Assembly: GCA_036679065.1 (NCBI GenBank)
Contig: JAZIGN010000001.1
Location: forward strand, 32,001 to 96,000
Length of the DNA stretch: 64,000 nucleotides
DNA from: Coprothermobacterota bacterium
GTDB lineage: Bacteria > Coprothermobacterota > Coprothermobacteria > Coprothermobacterales > Coprothermobacteraceae
Direction of reading: 5' to 3'
The notes under the pieces are model-generated. The model did not search any database, had not been told where the DNA came from, and was given only the letters and a program-made list of their open reading frames with translations. Positions 32,293 through 41,517 of this stretch are shown here, in pieces. Position numbers and translations under genes: made by a program. Positions within the stretch are counted from its first letter, which is position 1. Every line of letters begins with the position of its first letter.

Positions 32293-32846
32293 CTGCTCAA
32301 GGGACTGTAGCCTTTCGTCCTGATAAATTTGACTTAGTGAGCAGCGAGAAGCTCCCTAAGGGGCCTTTCTTGGAGACGGCGCGTTTGGCTGCGTTCCTAG
32401 CTGCAAAACGTGATAGTTTTTTTGGTAGCCGAGTATTCATAACTCACATGGAAATTAAGCATCACTGGGGGCCCTCTGAACTTAGTTTTACTGTGAGGCT
32501 AGTTGCCGATGGGGATGATGAAAAGGAGATTATGCGTAGGGCTTGGTTCTCCGCATTCGTTTGTTGTTTGACTACTTACGACATGGTAAAGGCCGTAGAC
32601 CCTGATGCTGTCACTGAAGATGTCGGTATTGTGTCAATAAATGATGAGGATCTTCCTGAAGTGGATTTGAGTCACGCAGACCTCAGTGATTTCCAAGACG
32701 GCTACTACTGTGGTTTTTCTCCTACTTTGATTGTGGAAAGAGGACAGATCCGATCTGCCTTTAATGCGCCGTGGAGTAATAGCAATGTACGACTCCGGTG
32801 GCTTACGGCAGGTAAGAAATTCAAAGGAGGTTTCTCGGGTGAGTAA
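32277..32846 (+). CDS. moaC: MoaC-like protein B (keeps KG..L..AR.A...AAKR and LTTYDMVKAVD; lacks CHP, TGVEME, GGKSG)
   Basis: Motifs recognised by eye; ATG 32277 follows a purine-rich SD and overlaps the end of the preceding gene. Confidence 0.75.
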   Translation: MQLTVTAQGTVAFRPDKFDLVSSEKLPKGPFLETARLAAFLAAKRDSFFGSRVFITHMEIKHHWGPSELSFTVRLVADGDDEKEIMRRAWFSAFVCCLTTYDMVKAVDPDAVTEDVGIVSINDEDLPEVDLSHADLSDFQDGYYCGFSPTLIVERGQIRSAFNAPWSNSNVRLRWLTAGKKFKGGFSGE

Positions 32847-33333
32847 ATTGACTCCCGTAATTACGTGCTCCATTCTTATCTGTTCAGACAGGTGCTTTCG
32901 CGGTGAAAGGGAAGATAAAACAGGTCCCGTATTAAAAGAAACACTGGAACGCTTAGGATATCATGTGCATGATGTGAAGGTTGTCCCAGATGAACTGGAC
33001 GTCATCGTTGATCAGTTGAAGCAATGGGTACGTCTGGGCATGGATCTCATAATAACTTCTGGTGGCACAGGTGTTGGGCCAAGGGACGTTACCCCTGAAG
33101 CCACTTTGCAGGTCATTGAGCGAGAAATACCAGGTATGTCATTTGCAGCTTTGATGTTGTCACTTCAGAAAACACCACATGCTGTGTTATCCAGAGCCAA
33201 AGCAGGTGTGGCAGGTACCACCTTAATAATAAACCTACCTGGTTCCACAAAAGGTGCTCAAGAGATTATCGAATACTTGGATCCCGCTCTAAAACATGCC
33301 GTCCCAATCATACATGGGGAAGTCATCGAGTAA
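32839..33333 (+). CDS. mogA: MogA/MoaB molybdopterin adenylyltransferase
   Basis: SDR...EDKTGP, GGTGVGPRDVTPEA, SRA.AG and NLPGS; GTG start after GGAGG. Confidence 0.92.
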   Translation: MSKLTPVITCSILICSDRCFRGEREDKTGPVLKETLERLGYHVHDVKVVPDELDVIVDQLKQWVRLGMDLIITSGGTGVGPRDVTPEATLQVIEREIPGMSFAALMLSLQKTPHAVLSRAKAGVAGTTLIINLPGSTKGAQEIIEYLDPALKHAVPIIHGEVIE

Positions 33334-34192
33334 GAGCTTGCTCCACTAATGCAGATGCGCCCAGCAATGCCGCCTCTTTCAGCGTACTAACCACGGTTGG
33401 CGTGTCTTTTACGGGTGGCACTGCGCGTCTGCGGATCTCTGCCTCATATATGTCTTGCCATAAGGGGAAAGTTGCGCTGACGCTACCCCCTAGAACGATA
33501 ATGTCGGGGTTCAAAATGTTTGCCAATGATGCACAAGCGATGCCCAGGTAATAACCCAATCTTTGATAAAGAAAGATTGCCTCTTTGTCTCCACTGCGTG
33601 CTCTTTCGTGGATTTGTGCACCTGTAAGCTTTTCTCCTGTGCGTTCGCTGTACCATTTTTCTAAAGCCCAACCGCCTGCCAATGACTCCAAGCAGCCATG
33701 GGAACCACACGTGCACGCTGGACCTTCTGCTTCTATGACCATGTGTCCGATTTCTAAAGTGGCGCCTCTTTTCGAGCGTAGCAAATCGCCTTCGTAAACA
33801 AAACCTCCACCAATGCCTGTACCCAATGTAACACCAAGAACGGATTCAGGTTTGCTACTTAGTTCGTACTTCCAGACCCCCAAAGCAAAAATGTTGGCAT
33901 CGTTTTCCACGAACACGGGCACATTCAATTCCTCCTGCAAGAGCCTTCCCAATGGAAAGTTCTCCCAGCCAATATTTCCGCCAAATATGACGGTCCCAGT
34001 TTCGTAATCCACCTGTCCTGCTACGCCAATACCCACTCCGTCAATATCTTTATCTTTGGTATAGGATGAAATCAAATTGACAATGTTTTCGCTGGGGCTG
34101 TTAAGAAAACGATCCCTGGCAATGAGTTTCCCGTCTTTGACAATACCCATGTCCACTTTTGTCCCACCCACATCTATTGCCAAAATCTCCAT
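33323..34192 (-). CDS. ROK family sugar kinase (glucokinase-like)
   Basis: DVGGTK, ENDAN, GTGIGGG, EIGH and CTCGSHGCLE. Confidence 0.92.
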   Translation of the reverse strand: MEILAIDVGGTKVDMGIVKDGKLIARDRFLNSPSENIVNLISSYTKDKDIDGVGIGVAGQVDYETGTVIFGGNIGWENFPLGRLLQEELNVPVFVENDANIFALGVWKYELSSKPESVLGVTLGTGIGGGFVYEGDLLRSKRGATLEIGHMVIEAEGPACTCGSHGCLESLAGGWALEKWYSERTGEKLTGAQIHERARSGDKEAIFLYQRLGYYLGIACASLANILNPDIIVLGGSVSATFPLWQDIYEAEIRRRAVPPVKDTPTVVSTLKEAALLGASALVEQALTR

Positions 34193-34233
34193 GGAAATCC
34201 TCCTCTCTTCATCTAACTTGCTCCTTGATGGTT

Positions 34234-35433
34234 TTACTTTCGGTTCATTCTCCAGTTAAGTTCTTCAGCCCACATAGAGGCTTTTTCTTTACTAGCGCAT
34301 TTCTTTGAAAAGTGTTCTACCACGGTTCTTGCCACAAACTGATGTACCTCAGAATCCATCTGCGGAACAATACGCTGCTTCTTCATGGCAAGCTCAGAAA
34401 GGGTTTTTGCCACCTCTATACCAACTGCTGTGTTGTACTGCTGCTGAGTAACCAATAGCCCCAGCATAAGCCCAGGAAAGATGAGTGAATTATTCACTTG
34501 GTTGGGATCATCGGAGCGTCCTGAGCCGTATATGGTTACTCCCATGGCACATGCTTCTTCCCGGGATACTTCCGGTACGGGATTAGCCAGTGAAAGCACA
34601 GTGTTAGGTTTTTTCATATTCCTCAAATACTCCAGTGGGAAAAGGCCAGGACCAGGGCGGGAAGCTGCAATTAAGAATGATGCTCCTTTTAATGCTTCTT
34701 CTAAATTACTGCTGCCAAGTTTGTTAGTTTTAGATAAAATGTTTCCCATCCAATGCTGCTGGCTATTTTCACTGTTATAAACCAGGTCTCGATCAACTAC
34801 TATTACATTTCCTATGTTGCCTAGCAACAGCTCATCAAGCAGCTGTAGGAAGCCCATGTTTGCCGAGCCAGCTCCCAAAAGCACTATTTTTTCGCTTTCT
34901 AGCTTTAGTCCTGCCATGGAGGATGAAGCGAGTACAGCTGCTAGCATGATTATTCCTGTACCCTCCATGTCATCGTGTATGATGGGTATGCGCAAAAACT
35001 TGCGTGCTTCAGTGAGTACATTGAAAGCATCAGGCTGTTTTATGTCTTCCAAGTTTATGCCACCCAATGAAGGTTCAATGGCACTGAGGAAGGCAAGTAT
35101 GGCTTCCTCGGTTTCGGCCCTTATGCAAAGCGGAATTGCGTCTATGCCAGCGTAGTATTTGTACAAAACTGCTTTTCCTTCCATGACTGGCAAGCCTGCT
35201 TCGGGACCAATATTACCCAGCCCTAGGATGCGTGTTCCGTTGCTTATTACGCCAATGGTGTTCCACCTATTTGTCATATCCCAGACCAAGGTGCTATCAG
35301 CAGCTATGCTCTGGCAAGGCTCTGCCACGCCTGGTGTGTAAAACACGTGCAGATTGCGAGCTAAGGGGACTCTGACTCGGAGTTCCCATTTTCCACGGTA
35401 AAGCTTATGTAAGAAGGAAGGTGTTATTTCCAC
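34234..35433 (-). CDS. NAD(P)-dependent malic enzyme
   Basis: YTPGVAEPC, GLGNIGPEAGLPVMEGK, NLEDI, HDD.EGT, GAGSA, LANPVPE and GRSDDPNQVNN. Confidence 0.9.
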   Translation of the reverse strand: MEITPSFLHKLYRGKWELRVRVPLARNLHVFYTPGVAEPCQSIAADSTLVWDMTNRWNTIGVISNGTRILGLGNIGPEAGLPVMEGKAVLYKYYAGIDAIPLCIRAETEEAILAFLSAIEPSLGGINLEDIKQPDAFNVLTEARKFLRIPIIHDDMEGTGIIMLAAVLASSSMAGLKLESEKIVLLGAGSANMGFLQLLDELLLGNIGNVIVVDRDLVYNSENSQQHWMGNILSKTNKLGSSNLEEALKGASFLIAASRPGPGLFPLEYLRNMKKPNTVLSLANPVPEVSREEACAMGVTIYGSGRSDDPNQVNNSLIFPGLMLGLLVTQQQYNTAVGIEVAKTLSELAMKKQRIVPQMDSEVHQFVARTVVEHFSKKCASKEKASMWAEELNWRMNRK

Positions 35434-36602
35434 TTTCTCACCCCGGTAAATATGATCACCAATACGAGCATGGCAAGCAAGCTTCTGCCAAAAGCTGCGC
35501 CTGCTATCTGTAAAGGATTGTCAAGTCCAGATAGCACTGTTTGTAGCAAGAACGTACCTGCAAATACGGAGCCTAGTTGTCCAGCCACGTTTGCACTGAC
35601 TGCGGGGAGCAGTAAAAATGTTGACGGTTCCATCTTCTGCACGTAACGGTGTACTACACGTGCCGCCATGGGGAATGCACTATTTCCTGCTGCACCTAGG
35701 GCGGGATTAAAGCTGCGATCCACAATATGCATCACCTTGGCGACCAAAATGCCTGCTGCAATATTCATGATGAAGGCAAACAACCCAATGCCCATAATAG
35801 CAAGGGTCTGGAGCTGGAAAAAGGATTCTGCTCTTATCGAGCTTCCTATGAGCATGCCCACGAAGATCGTTGCCACGGGCGCAAGAATTTCCTCAGCTGC
35901 TTCCTTTAGCGAAGGGGTTTTTTCATTCTCTTTTAGGAAATAACCAAACACCAAAAATCCCAATAGTGGTAAGGACATAGGAGCGATAAAACCTGCAGTC
36001 AGTGTGACGATGAAAGGGAACAAGAGCTTGGCATTTTTGCTAATGTCACCTCTGGCAGTAGTCTGTGCCTTTATCTCATTTCTTGTAACTAGCCCTTTTA
36101 ACAAAGGTGGGATGAGCAACGGGACAATGGATACGTAGCTGTAAGCAGCCATGGAAATGGTACCCACAAGATCAGGTTTTAGTTTTGAAGCCACATAAAT
36201 AGACGTGGGACCATCAGCAGTTCCAATGCTGGCTATGGATGCTGCACTGGGTATGTCGAATCCAAAAAGAATGGCAACAAAAAATGCGATGAATATGCCC
36301 AGTTGTGAAAACAGTCCCAAAATCATGTAGCTTGGATTGGCTATAAGAGGACCAAAGTCCATCATGGCACCCACGCCTATGAAAATAATCAGGGGAAGGA
36401 GCTCTGTTTTTATTAGCGCATTGAACATTTGGTCCATGAGGCCGCCTTGCTCTGCCAAAGGACTATTCGGTATGTTCACCATGAACATGAAAAAGCCAAT
36501 GGGTATGAGTAAAAGCGGTTCCAAATCAAAACGATAAGAAAGGTAGATCAGCAGTAATCCTAAAGCCATCAATCCAATTTGCGACCACAGTAAACTGTCC
36601 AA
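35424..36602 (-). CDS. Na+-translocating carboxybiotin decarboxylase beta subunit (OadB/GcdB/MmdB family)
   Basis: EPLLLIPIGF, GVGAMMDFGPLIANP, IGTADGPTSIY, AAYSY and NPALGAAGNSAFPMAAR. Start revised to the TTG at 36602, which follows GGAGGTG. Confidence 0.9.
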   Translation of the reverse strand: MDSLLWSQIGLMALGLLLIYLSYRFDLEPLLLIPIGFFMFMVNIPNSPLAEQGGLMDQMFNALIKTELLPLIIFIGVGAMMDFGPLIANPSYMILGLFSQLGIFIAFFVAILFGFDIPSAASIASIGTADGPTSIYVASKLKPDLVGTISMAAYSYVSIVPLLIPPLLKGLVTRNEIKAQTTARGDISKNAKLLFPFIVTLTAGFIAPMSLPLLGFLVFGYFLKENEKTPSLKEAAEEILAPVATIFVGMLIGSSIRAESFFQLQTLAIMGIGLFAFIMNIAAGILVAKVMHIVDRSFNPALGAAGNSAFPMAARVVHRYVQKMEPSTFLLLPAVSANVAGQLGSVFAGTFLLQTVLSGLDNPLQIAGAAFGRSLLAMLVLVIIFTGVRKWK

Positions 36603-36663
36603 GAATAAACACCTCCTGCGTTCTACAGCATGTATGTTAACATAGCAGTGGAGAGGTGAAAAC

Positions 36664-37395
36664 TTGAAATTCGTCATATTAGCTGCTGGAGAAGGAAAAC
36701 GTTTAAAACCGCTAACCAACGACAGACCAAAAGCCATGGTTGAAGTTTTGGGCAAACCGTTGGTGCAGTGGCAATTGGAAGCACTTAGTAATTTGGGTGT
36801 GCCGCGCGATGAGGTGGTAGTCATCGGCGGGTTTGGCTATGACAAATTAAAGGAATTTCTCACAGGCAAGGTTCAGGTGCTTTATAACCCTTACTGGAGC
36901 GCGGCAAATAACGTGCTCACTGTTTACTACGCACTGGAGCAACTGAATGACGATATTGCCATTATAAACTCCGATGTCATAGCTGAGGAGGCTGTCTATG
37001 CTTTGTTCCATCCTGACAATGAACCTTACGCAGTGGTGGATGGGGGAGTAGATGCTGCTGAAGAAGAGATGAAGGTTAAGGTGGAAAATGGTAAGATAGT
37101 ACTTTTTTCCAAGCGAATAGACCCTTCTGAGTCTGTTGGTGAATACATTGGTCTTTCTTATATCCCTAGGCGGCTTAGGGGCAAAATGCTATCCATCATT
37201 GAAGGTATGTGGAACCGCGGAGAGTTGGATAGATGGTACGAAGACGCTTTTAACATTCTCTGCGAGACTGTCCCGATGACTCCCGTATTCTGTACGGGCA
37301 TGCTATGGACGGAGATCGACACCCACGAAGATCTGGAAAGAGCGAAGCAAATAGCAGCTCAGTTACAGAAGGAGAAGGTGGAGGGGGATGTTTAG
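36664..37395 (+). CDS. Sugar-phosphate/phosphocholine cytidylyltransferase family protein (LicC-like)
   Basis: ILAAGEGKRL.P...PKAM, NSD, EEEMKV, GEYIG and WTEIDT.EDL. Confidence 0.85.
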   Translation: MKFVILAAGEGKRLKPLTNDRPKAMVEVLGKPLVQWQLEALSNLGVPRDEVVVIGGFGYDKLKEFLTGKVQVLYNPYWSAANNVLTVYYALEQLNDDIAIINSDVIAEEAVYALFHPDNEPYAVVDGGVDAAEEEMKVKVENGKIVLFSKRIDPSESVGEYIGLSYIPRRLRGKMLSIIEGMWNRGELDRWYEDAFNILCETVPMTPVFCTGMLWTEIDTHEDLERAKQIAAQLQKEKVEGDV

Positions 37396-38434
37396 TAAGG
37401 CTGTCAGCTTGCCCATTTTTTGGATGATTGGTGAAAACATCATGGGAGACATTAAAGATGTTCTTTCTCAGTACAACATGGTGTTTCACCGCCCCTTGGT
37501 AGTTACAGGCAGCGGAGTCACCTCTGAGTTGGGGGAGAACTACTTTTCCTCCTATCAACGTGTTTCCATAAACAGTAACCACATTTCCGATGTGGAGAAG
37601 GTTAAAGCACAGGCACGTTCAGTGGGGTCTGATTTACTGATCGGTTTTGGTGGCGGGAAAGTTATCGATGTGGCAAAAATGGCAGCTACGGAGCTTAATT
37701 TGCCATTTCTGTCAGTTCCTACGGCTACCAGCAACGATGCTGTGGCTTCACCTGTCGCCGTTATAAACTTTGGCGACTACGTAAAATCCATGGGAGCCAT
37801 GGCGCCAATAGGAGTAGTGGCTGACCTGAACATACTGCGGAATCAACCACGAAAGCAGTTTTTAGCAGGTGTGGGAGACTTGTTTTCCAACATATCTGCA
37901 TTGGCTGACTGGCAGCTAGCAGCTGAGCGTGGGTTTGAAAGAGTAGACCCCGTGGCTGCATACTTGAGCCGCAACGCTGTGGAGAATCTTTTCCGAGCCA
38001 TAGAGAATGGCTCTGATCTGTATGCGACTTTGGTGGAGGGATTGGTTGTGTCCGGCGTGGCTATGGTCTTAGCGGGCAACAGCCGTCCCAGTAGTGGTGC
38101 TGAACATCTCATATCTCATGCCTTAGATCGTTTCCCCGTACACGGTTTGCATGGCCTTCAGGTAGGGGTGGCAGCGTTTTTTACTTTGCGTCTTCACGGC
38201 ATGGATCATCTCCGTTACAAGAAACTGCTAAGTCAAATTGGATTCCCTTGCAGTTGGCAGGAGCTCAATGTGGATAGGGAAACTTTTATGAAAGCTGTGC
38301 AACTTGCGCCTCAAACACGCAGCGGAAGGTATACCATACTTAGTGAAGTTACCCCTGAACTACTGCAGGAAGCGTACGACGAAGTTTATGGAGTAAGTGT
38401 TAGCGGGGACGGGGAATTCTCTATTCAGGATTAA
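37388..38434 (+). CDS. Glycerol-1-phosphate dehydrogenase-like (EgsA/AraM, iron-containing ADH superfamily)
   Basis: GGGKVIDVAK, PTATSNDAVASP, SRPSSGAEHLISHALD and HGLQVG. Confidence 0.85.
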   Translation: MFSKAVSLPIFWMIGENIMGDIKDVLSQYNMVFHRPLVVTGSGVTSELGENYFSSYQRVSINSNHISDVEKVKAQARSVGSDLLIGFGGGKVIDVAKMAATELNLPFLSVPTATSNDAVASPVAVINFGDYVKSMGAMAPIGVVADLNILRNQPRKQFLAGVGDLFSNISALADWQLAAERGFERVDPVAAYLSRNAVENLFRAIENGSDLYATLVEGLVVSGVAMVLAGNSRPSSGAEHLISHALDRFPVHGLHGLQVGVAAFFTLRLHGMDHLRYKKLLSQIGFPCSWQELNVDRETFMKAVQLAPQTRSGRYTILSEVTPELLQEAYDEVYGVSVSGDGEFSIQD

Positions 38435-39145
38435 GTAGTTCTCGTAAAGTTTTCCTAGAATAGCCACGGCATATTGTTGGGTAGAAGTGCCAGTTTTGTC
38501 GTAAAGCTCCTTTCCTTGCTCCTTTATTTTTGCCACTCCGCCATCACCCGCGAAGTAGGCTACTAACCCCCAGTAAACATTATCGTTCCATCGTTGTATG
38601 CGCTTTGAGAGGTAGAACGTACCGGCTTTGATGTTGTCGCAAATACTTGTGGGATCGTCGGACAAACCCAGTTGTGGCTTGAGTTCGTTATAAAGAGCTG
38701 GCATGATTTGCATAAGTCCCACTGCACCTTGTATACTCTCGACCTTGGGGTTGAAGCCGCTTTCTTGTTCAATAACCGCGGTTATTAAAAGTGGATCTAC
38801 GTGGTACAGGTAAGAGTACTGAATAATACAAGCACTTATTGTTTCTCTGTCCTTATCACTTAGGTTCTTGTTCATGGCAACCTTAAAGGTGGATTTATCA
38901 ATGCGGGTCTTGATAAGTTTATCTATTTCTTCCACTCTTAGTACAGGGAATGGATAGTTCGGGAAATTGTCCAGGTTTGTGGGCTTCAGAGTTCTCGATA
39001 TCACCGGTGACAAGAAACTTACCATTATTGAATGATCCATGACGTTCCAGTTTCTTTGAATCGTGTATTCCACATAAAAGCTTCCTATCAAAATGAGCGC
39101 CATTATTACGCTTAGCACAATGTGAAAGAATTTGCCACGAACCAC
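38360..39145 (-). CDS. Membrane-anchored lytic transglycosylase (SLT domain)
   Basis: AVIEQESGFNP, GAVGLMQIMP and NIKAGTFYL; N-terminal TM. Confidence 0.88.
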   Translation of the reverse strand: MVRGKFFHIVLSVIMALILIGSFYVEYTIQRNWNVMDHSIMVSFLSPVISRTLKPTNLDNFPNYPFPVLRVEEIDKLIKTRIDKSTFKVAMNKNLSDKDRETISACIIQYSYLYHVDPLLITAVIEQESGFNPKVESIQGAVGLMQIMPALYNELKPQLGLSDDPTSICDNIKAGTFYLSKRIQRWNDNVYWGLVAYFAGDGGVAKIKEQGKELYDKTGTSTQQYAVAILGKLYENYLILNREFPVPANTYSINFVVRFLQ

Positions 39146-40656
39146 CAGTTTCTCTCCTTTCTCGGAGTTATTGTCCCTTTTTCACTTAAGTACTTCTCGA
39201 AATAATCACGAAGTAATTGTGGTGAGTAAAACTCAATGGGCTGGTTCTTTAGCATGGTAAATCCACCGGCTCCGGACGCTCTGTAGCTAGTCAGACTTAC
39301 CCAGTAGTTCTGTCTGGAGTGCAGCTCGCTACCCATGTATTTTGCTCTTCTCACCTTATTTCCCCAGGGTTCCGTCAGATCGTAAATGACTTCTAAGCCA
39401 CCTATGGTTTCGAAGTTATAAGTTTTCACAAAAGGATGCCGCACAGGTCTCATGGTTCCTGAAGGAGTAGCACAAACTAAGTGGTAGTACCTGGCATTCC
39501 ATTCCAATGCTTTCTTCAGCGTGTTCCCTGTGATCTTCAGCACCACAGGTTCATTGTCAAAAGGATACAGGCTGAACGCATCCCGTCGTGTTAGCCATCC
39601 TTTCTTAATGGTTATTGGTTCAAAGGGGCTAGGTGGGTGCATGGCAATTTCGTTTTCTGTGGCATAACGCAATACATCCAAGTACAGGTTTGAAACGGGC
39701 TCAGCAGCCAGTTTCCATGTGCCACTGACGAAATCTTCTGCAGCAATACCAATGACTTCGTTAATCCAATCGTTGGTTTTTCTGTGATCAGACCAGAACA
39801 TATCAAGGATTTCTGGATCGTCTTCTATGCCGTAAAGATCAACATTTTGAACTCGTGTCACTTTTCCGTCAGCAATCTCGATGAGTGCCACTCCTTTACC
39901 GTAGGAAGGTGGCTGCACCAACACGGTGTTGTTCAACTTGTAAGGTCCAAATGTTCTGTGAGTATGACCGAACACGATAACATCAATATTTGGTACCTTT
40001 GTGGCCAATGAGTAAACAAAGTTTTCTTTCGAGGATTCCGACACCCGACGTCTTTTTAGGGGATCGTATTCAATGCCAGAATGAGCCAGGACCACGATTA
40101 CGTCAACCTGTTGGTCTTTTAGTTGAGAAACCAGGTTCTTGGCCACCTTTACGGGGTTTTCGAATCTCAGTCCCTTCCATTTCCAGGGCAGATCGAAATC
40201 CTCAATAGCAGGTGTTGTCAGTGCAATGACACCTACGCTCCAGTCACCGAAGCGGTACACCTTAAATGGTAACCATTTGGTTTGGCCAGTGAGCTGCTCC
40301 TGTATGTTTGCGCTAAGCAATGGGAATTTTGCTTGTTTTTCTATTTCCGTTAAGTATCGAAGTCCGTAGTTGAACTCGTGGTTCCCAACACACATGCCGT
40401 TAAGTCCCATTTCGTTGTAAGCTTCAACAACGGGGTTTATCTTGTTACCAAAGAACCGGTGTGCGTAAAAGGTTAGGGGAGACCCCTGGAAAGCATCGCC
40501 GTTATCAAAAAACAACGTGAGCGCTTCTTGACGCTGTTTCTTTAGGAAGGTGCTTACTTTACTTAAACCACCGGGGAACGGTTTCGCATGAACGTAATCG
40601 AAGGGCAAGATTTGGCCATGCAAGTCCGTGGCCACTACCATTTTGACACTGGACAA
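39112..40656 (-). CDS. Bifunctional metallophosphoesterase/5'-nucleotidase (CpdB-like), no signal peptide
   Basis: TDLHG, DNGD.FQGSP, GNHEFNYG, HSG and GHTH; C-terminal 5'-nucleotidase domain (YPFDN, YRASGAGGF). Confidence 0.88.
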   Translation of the reverse strand: MSSVKMVVATDLHGQILPFDYVHAKPFPGGLSKVSTFLKKQRQEALTLFFDNGDAFQGSPLTFYAHRFFGNKINPVVEAYNEMGLNGMCVGNHEFNYGLRYLTEIEKQAKFPLLSANIQEQLTGQTKWLPFKVYRFGDWSVGVIALTTPAIEDFDLPWKWKGLRFENPVKVAKNLVSQLKDQQVDVIVVLAHSGIEYDPLKRRRVSESSKENFVYSLATKVPNIDVIVFGHTHRTFGPYKLNNTVLVQPPSYGKGVALIEIADGKVTRVQNVDLYGIEDDPEILDMFWSDHRKTNDWINEVIGIAAEDFVSGTWKLAAEPVSNLYLDVLRYATENEIAMHPPSPFEPITIKKGWLTRRDAFSLYPFDNEPVVLKITGNTLKKALEWNARYYHLVCATPSGTMRPVRHPFVKTYNFETIGGLEVIYDLTEPWGNKVRRAKYMGSELHSRQNYWVSLTSYRASGAGGFTMLKNQPIEFYSPQLLRDYFEKYLSEKGTITPRKERNWWFVANSFTLC

Positions 40657-40658
40657 TG

Positions 40659-41465
40659 TTACGGATTACCTCCTTCAACAAAGGCAAAACCGTAAGCATT
40701 GTTTCCGGCAAATGCTCCCACAATGGGACTTACCTGCACCAGGTAAGCACCGTTTTCCTTGGCGTACTCGACAATGTCATCAGACAAGTCCGTGTAAGCC
40801 ATGGCGACAGGGTAATTCGAATCCACGGTGCTTATTATCTCTTCCACATGCTTCTTGAATATGGTGAAGGGTGAACCACGTTCGTTCTTGAGTGGTTTTA
40901 CTTCTCCATCCTTAATTTGTATGAACGGCACAGTTTTCAAAAGTCCACCTACCCAGCCAGCAAATGCAGGTAATCTGCCTAACCGTACCAAGTTCTTAAG
41001 TGTGGCAATCACTGCAACCAACGATATCCTTTCTCTAATTTTTGTAAGTTGTTGATATGTTTCTTCAATATTCTTCCCTTGTTCTCTTAGCTGTACCGCG
41101 ATGTGTGCCAGCAGTCCACCCCCAATGGATGCACTCAGGGTATCCAGTACTTTTACGTTCTTTGTGGTTTCCTTTGCTGCGGTTAAAGCCGACTGCATGG
41201 TTCCACTCAGTTTGGAAGAAACTGTCAGAACTAGAATATCCTGCTCAGGGATATTTTCAAATACTTGTATGAAATCCTCTGGGCTGGGTTGGCTCGTGGT
41301 AAACGTATCAATGATGGAAGACAAGATTTTGTAGAATTTGTCTCGTGTAATCTCCACCCGGTCCTTTAGGAACTTGTCTCCGATGCGCAAATACAAAGGA
41401 ATAACCGTAAAGCTGGAGTACTGCCGCAAATGGTCAATAGCCGAATCAATCACAATATGGAACAT
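40659..41465 (-). CDS. DegV/FakB fatty-acid-binding protein
   Basis: IDSAID, TTSQPSP, SSKLSGT and LVRLGRL. Confidence 0.92.
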   Translation of the reverse strand: MFHIVIDSAIDHLRQYSSFTVIPLYLRIGDKFLKDRVEITRDKFYKILSSIIDTFTTSQPSPEDFIQVFENIPEQDILVLTVSSKLSGTMQSALTAAKETTKNVKVLDTLSASIGGGLLAHIAVQLREQGKNIEETYQQLTKIRERISLVAVIATLKNLVRLGRLPAFAGWVGGLLKTVPFIQIKDGEVKPLKNERGSPFTIFKKHVEEIISTVDSNYPVAMAYTDLSDDIVEYAKENGAYLVQVSPIVGAFAGNNAYGFAFVEGGNP

Positions 41466-41517
41466 TTCTTTGCCCGCACCTGCCTTTCATTGATTAGGTT
41501 TTTTGGCATGTTCCGTT

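Noticed and set aside
31774..32846. Single moaC broken by a frameshift
   Set aside because: Both ORFs cover most of the fold with interleaved motifs; gene A contains both the N-terminal and the C-terminal MoaC motifs.
36603..36824. N-terminal extension of the OadB ORF
   Set aside because: It overlaps the divergent cytidylyltransferase, and a clear SD precedes the TTG at 36602.
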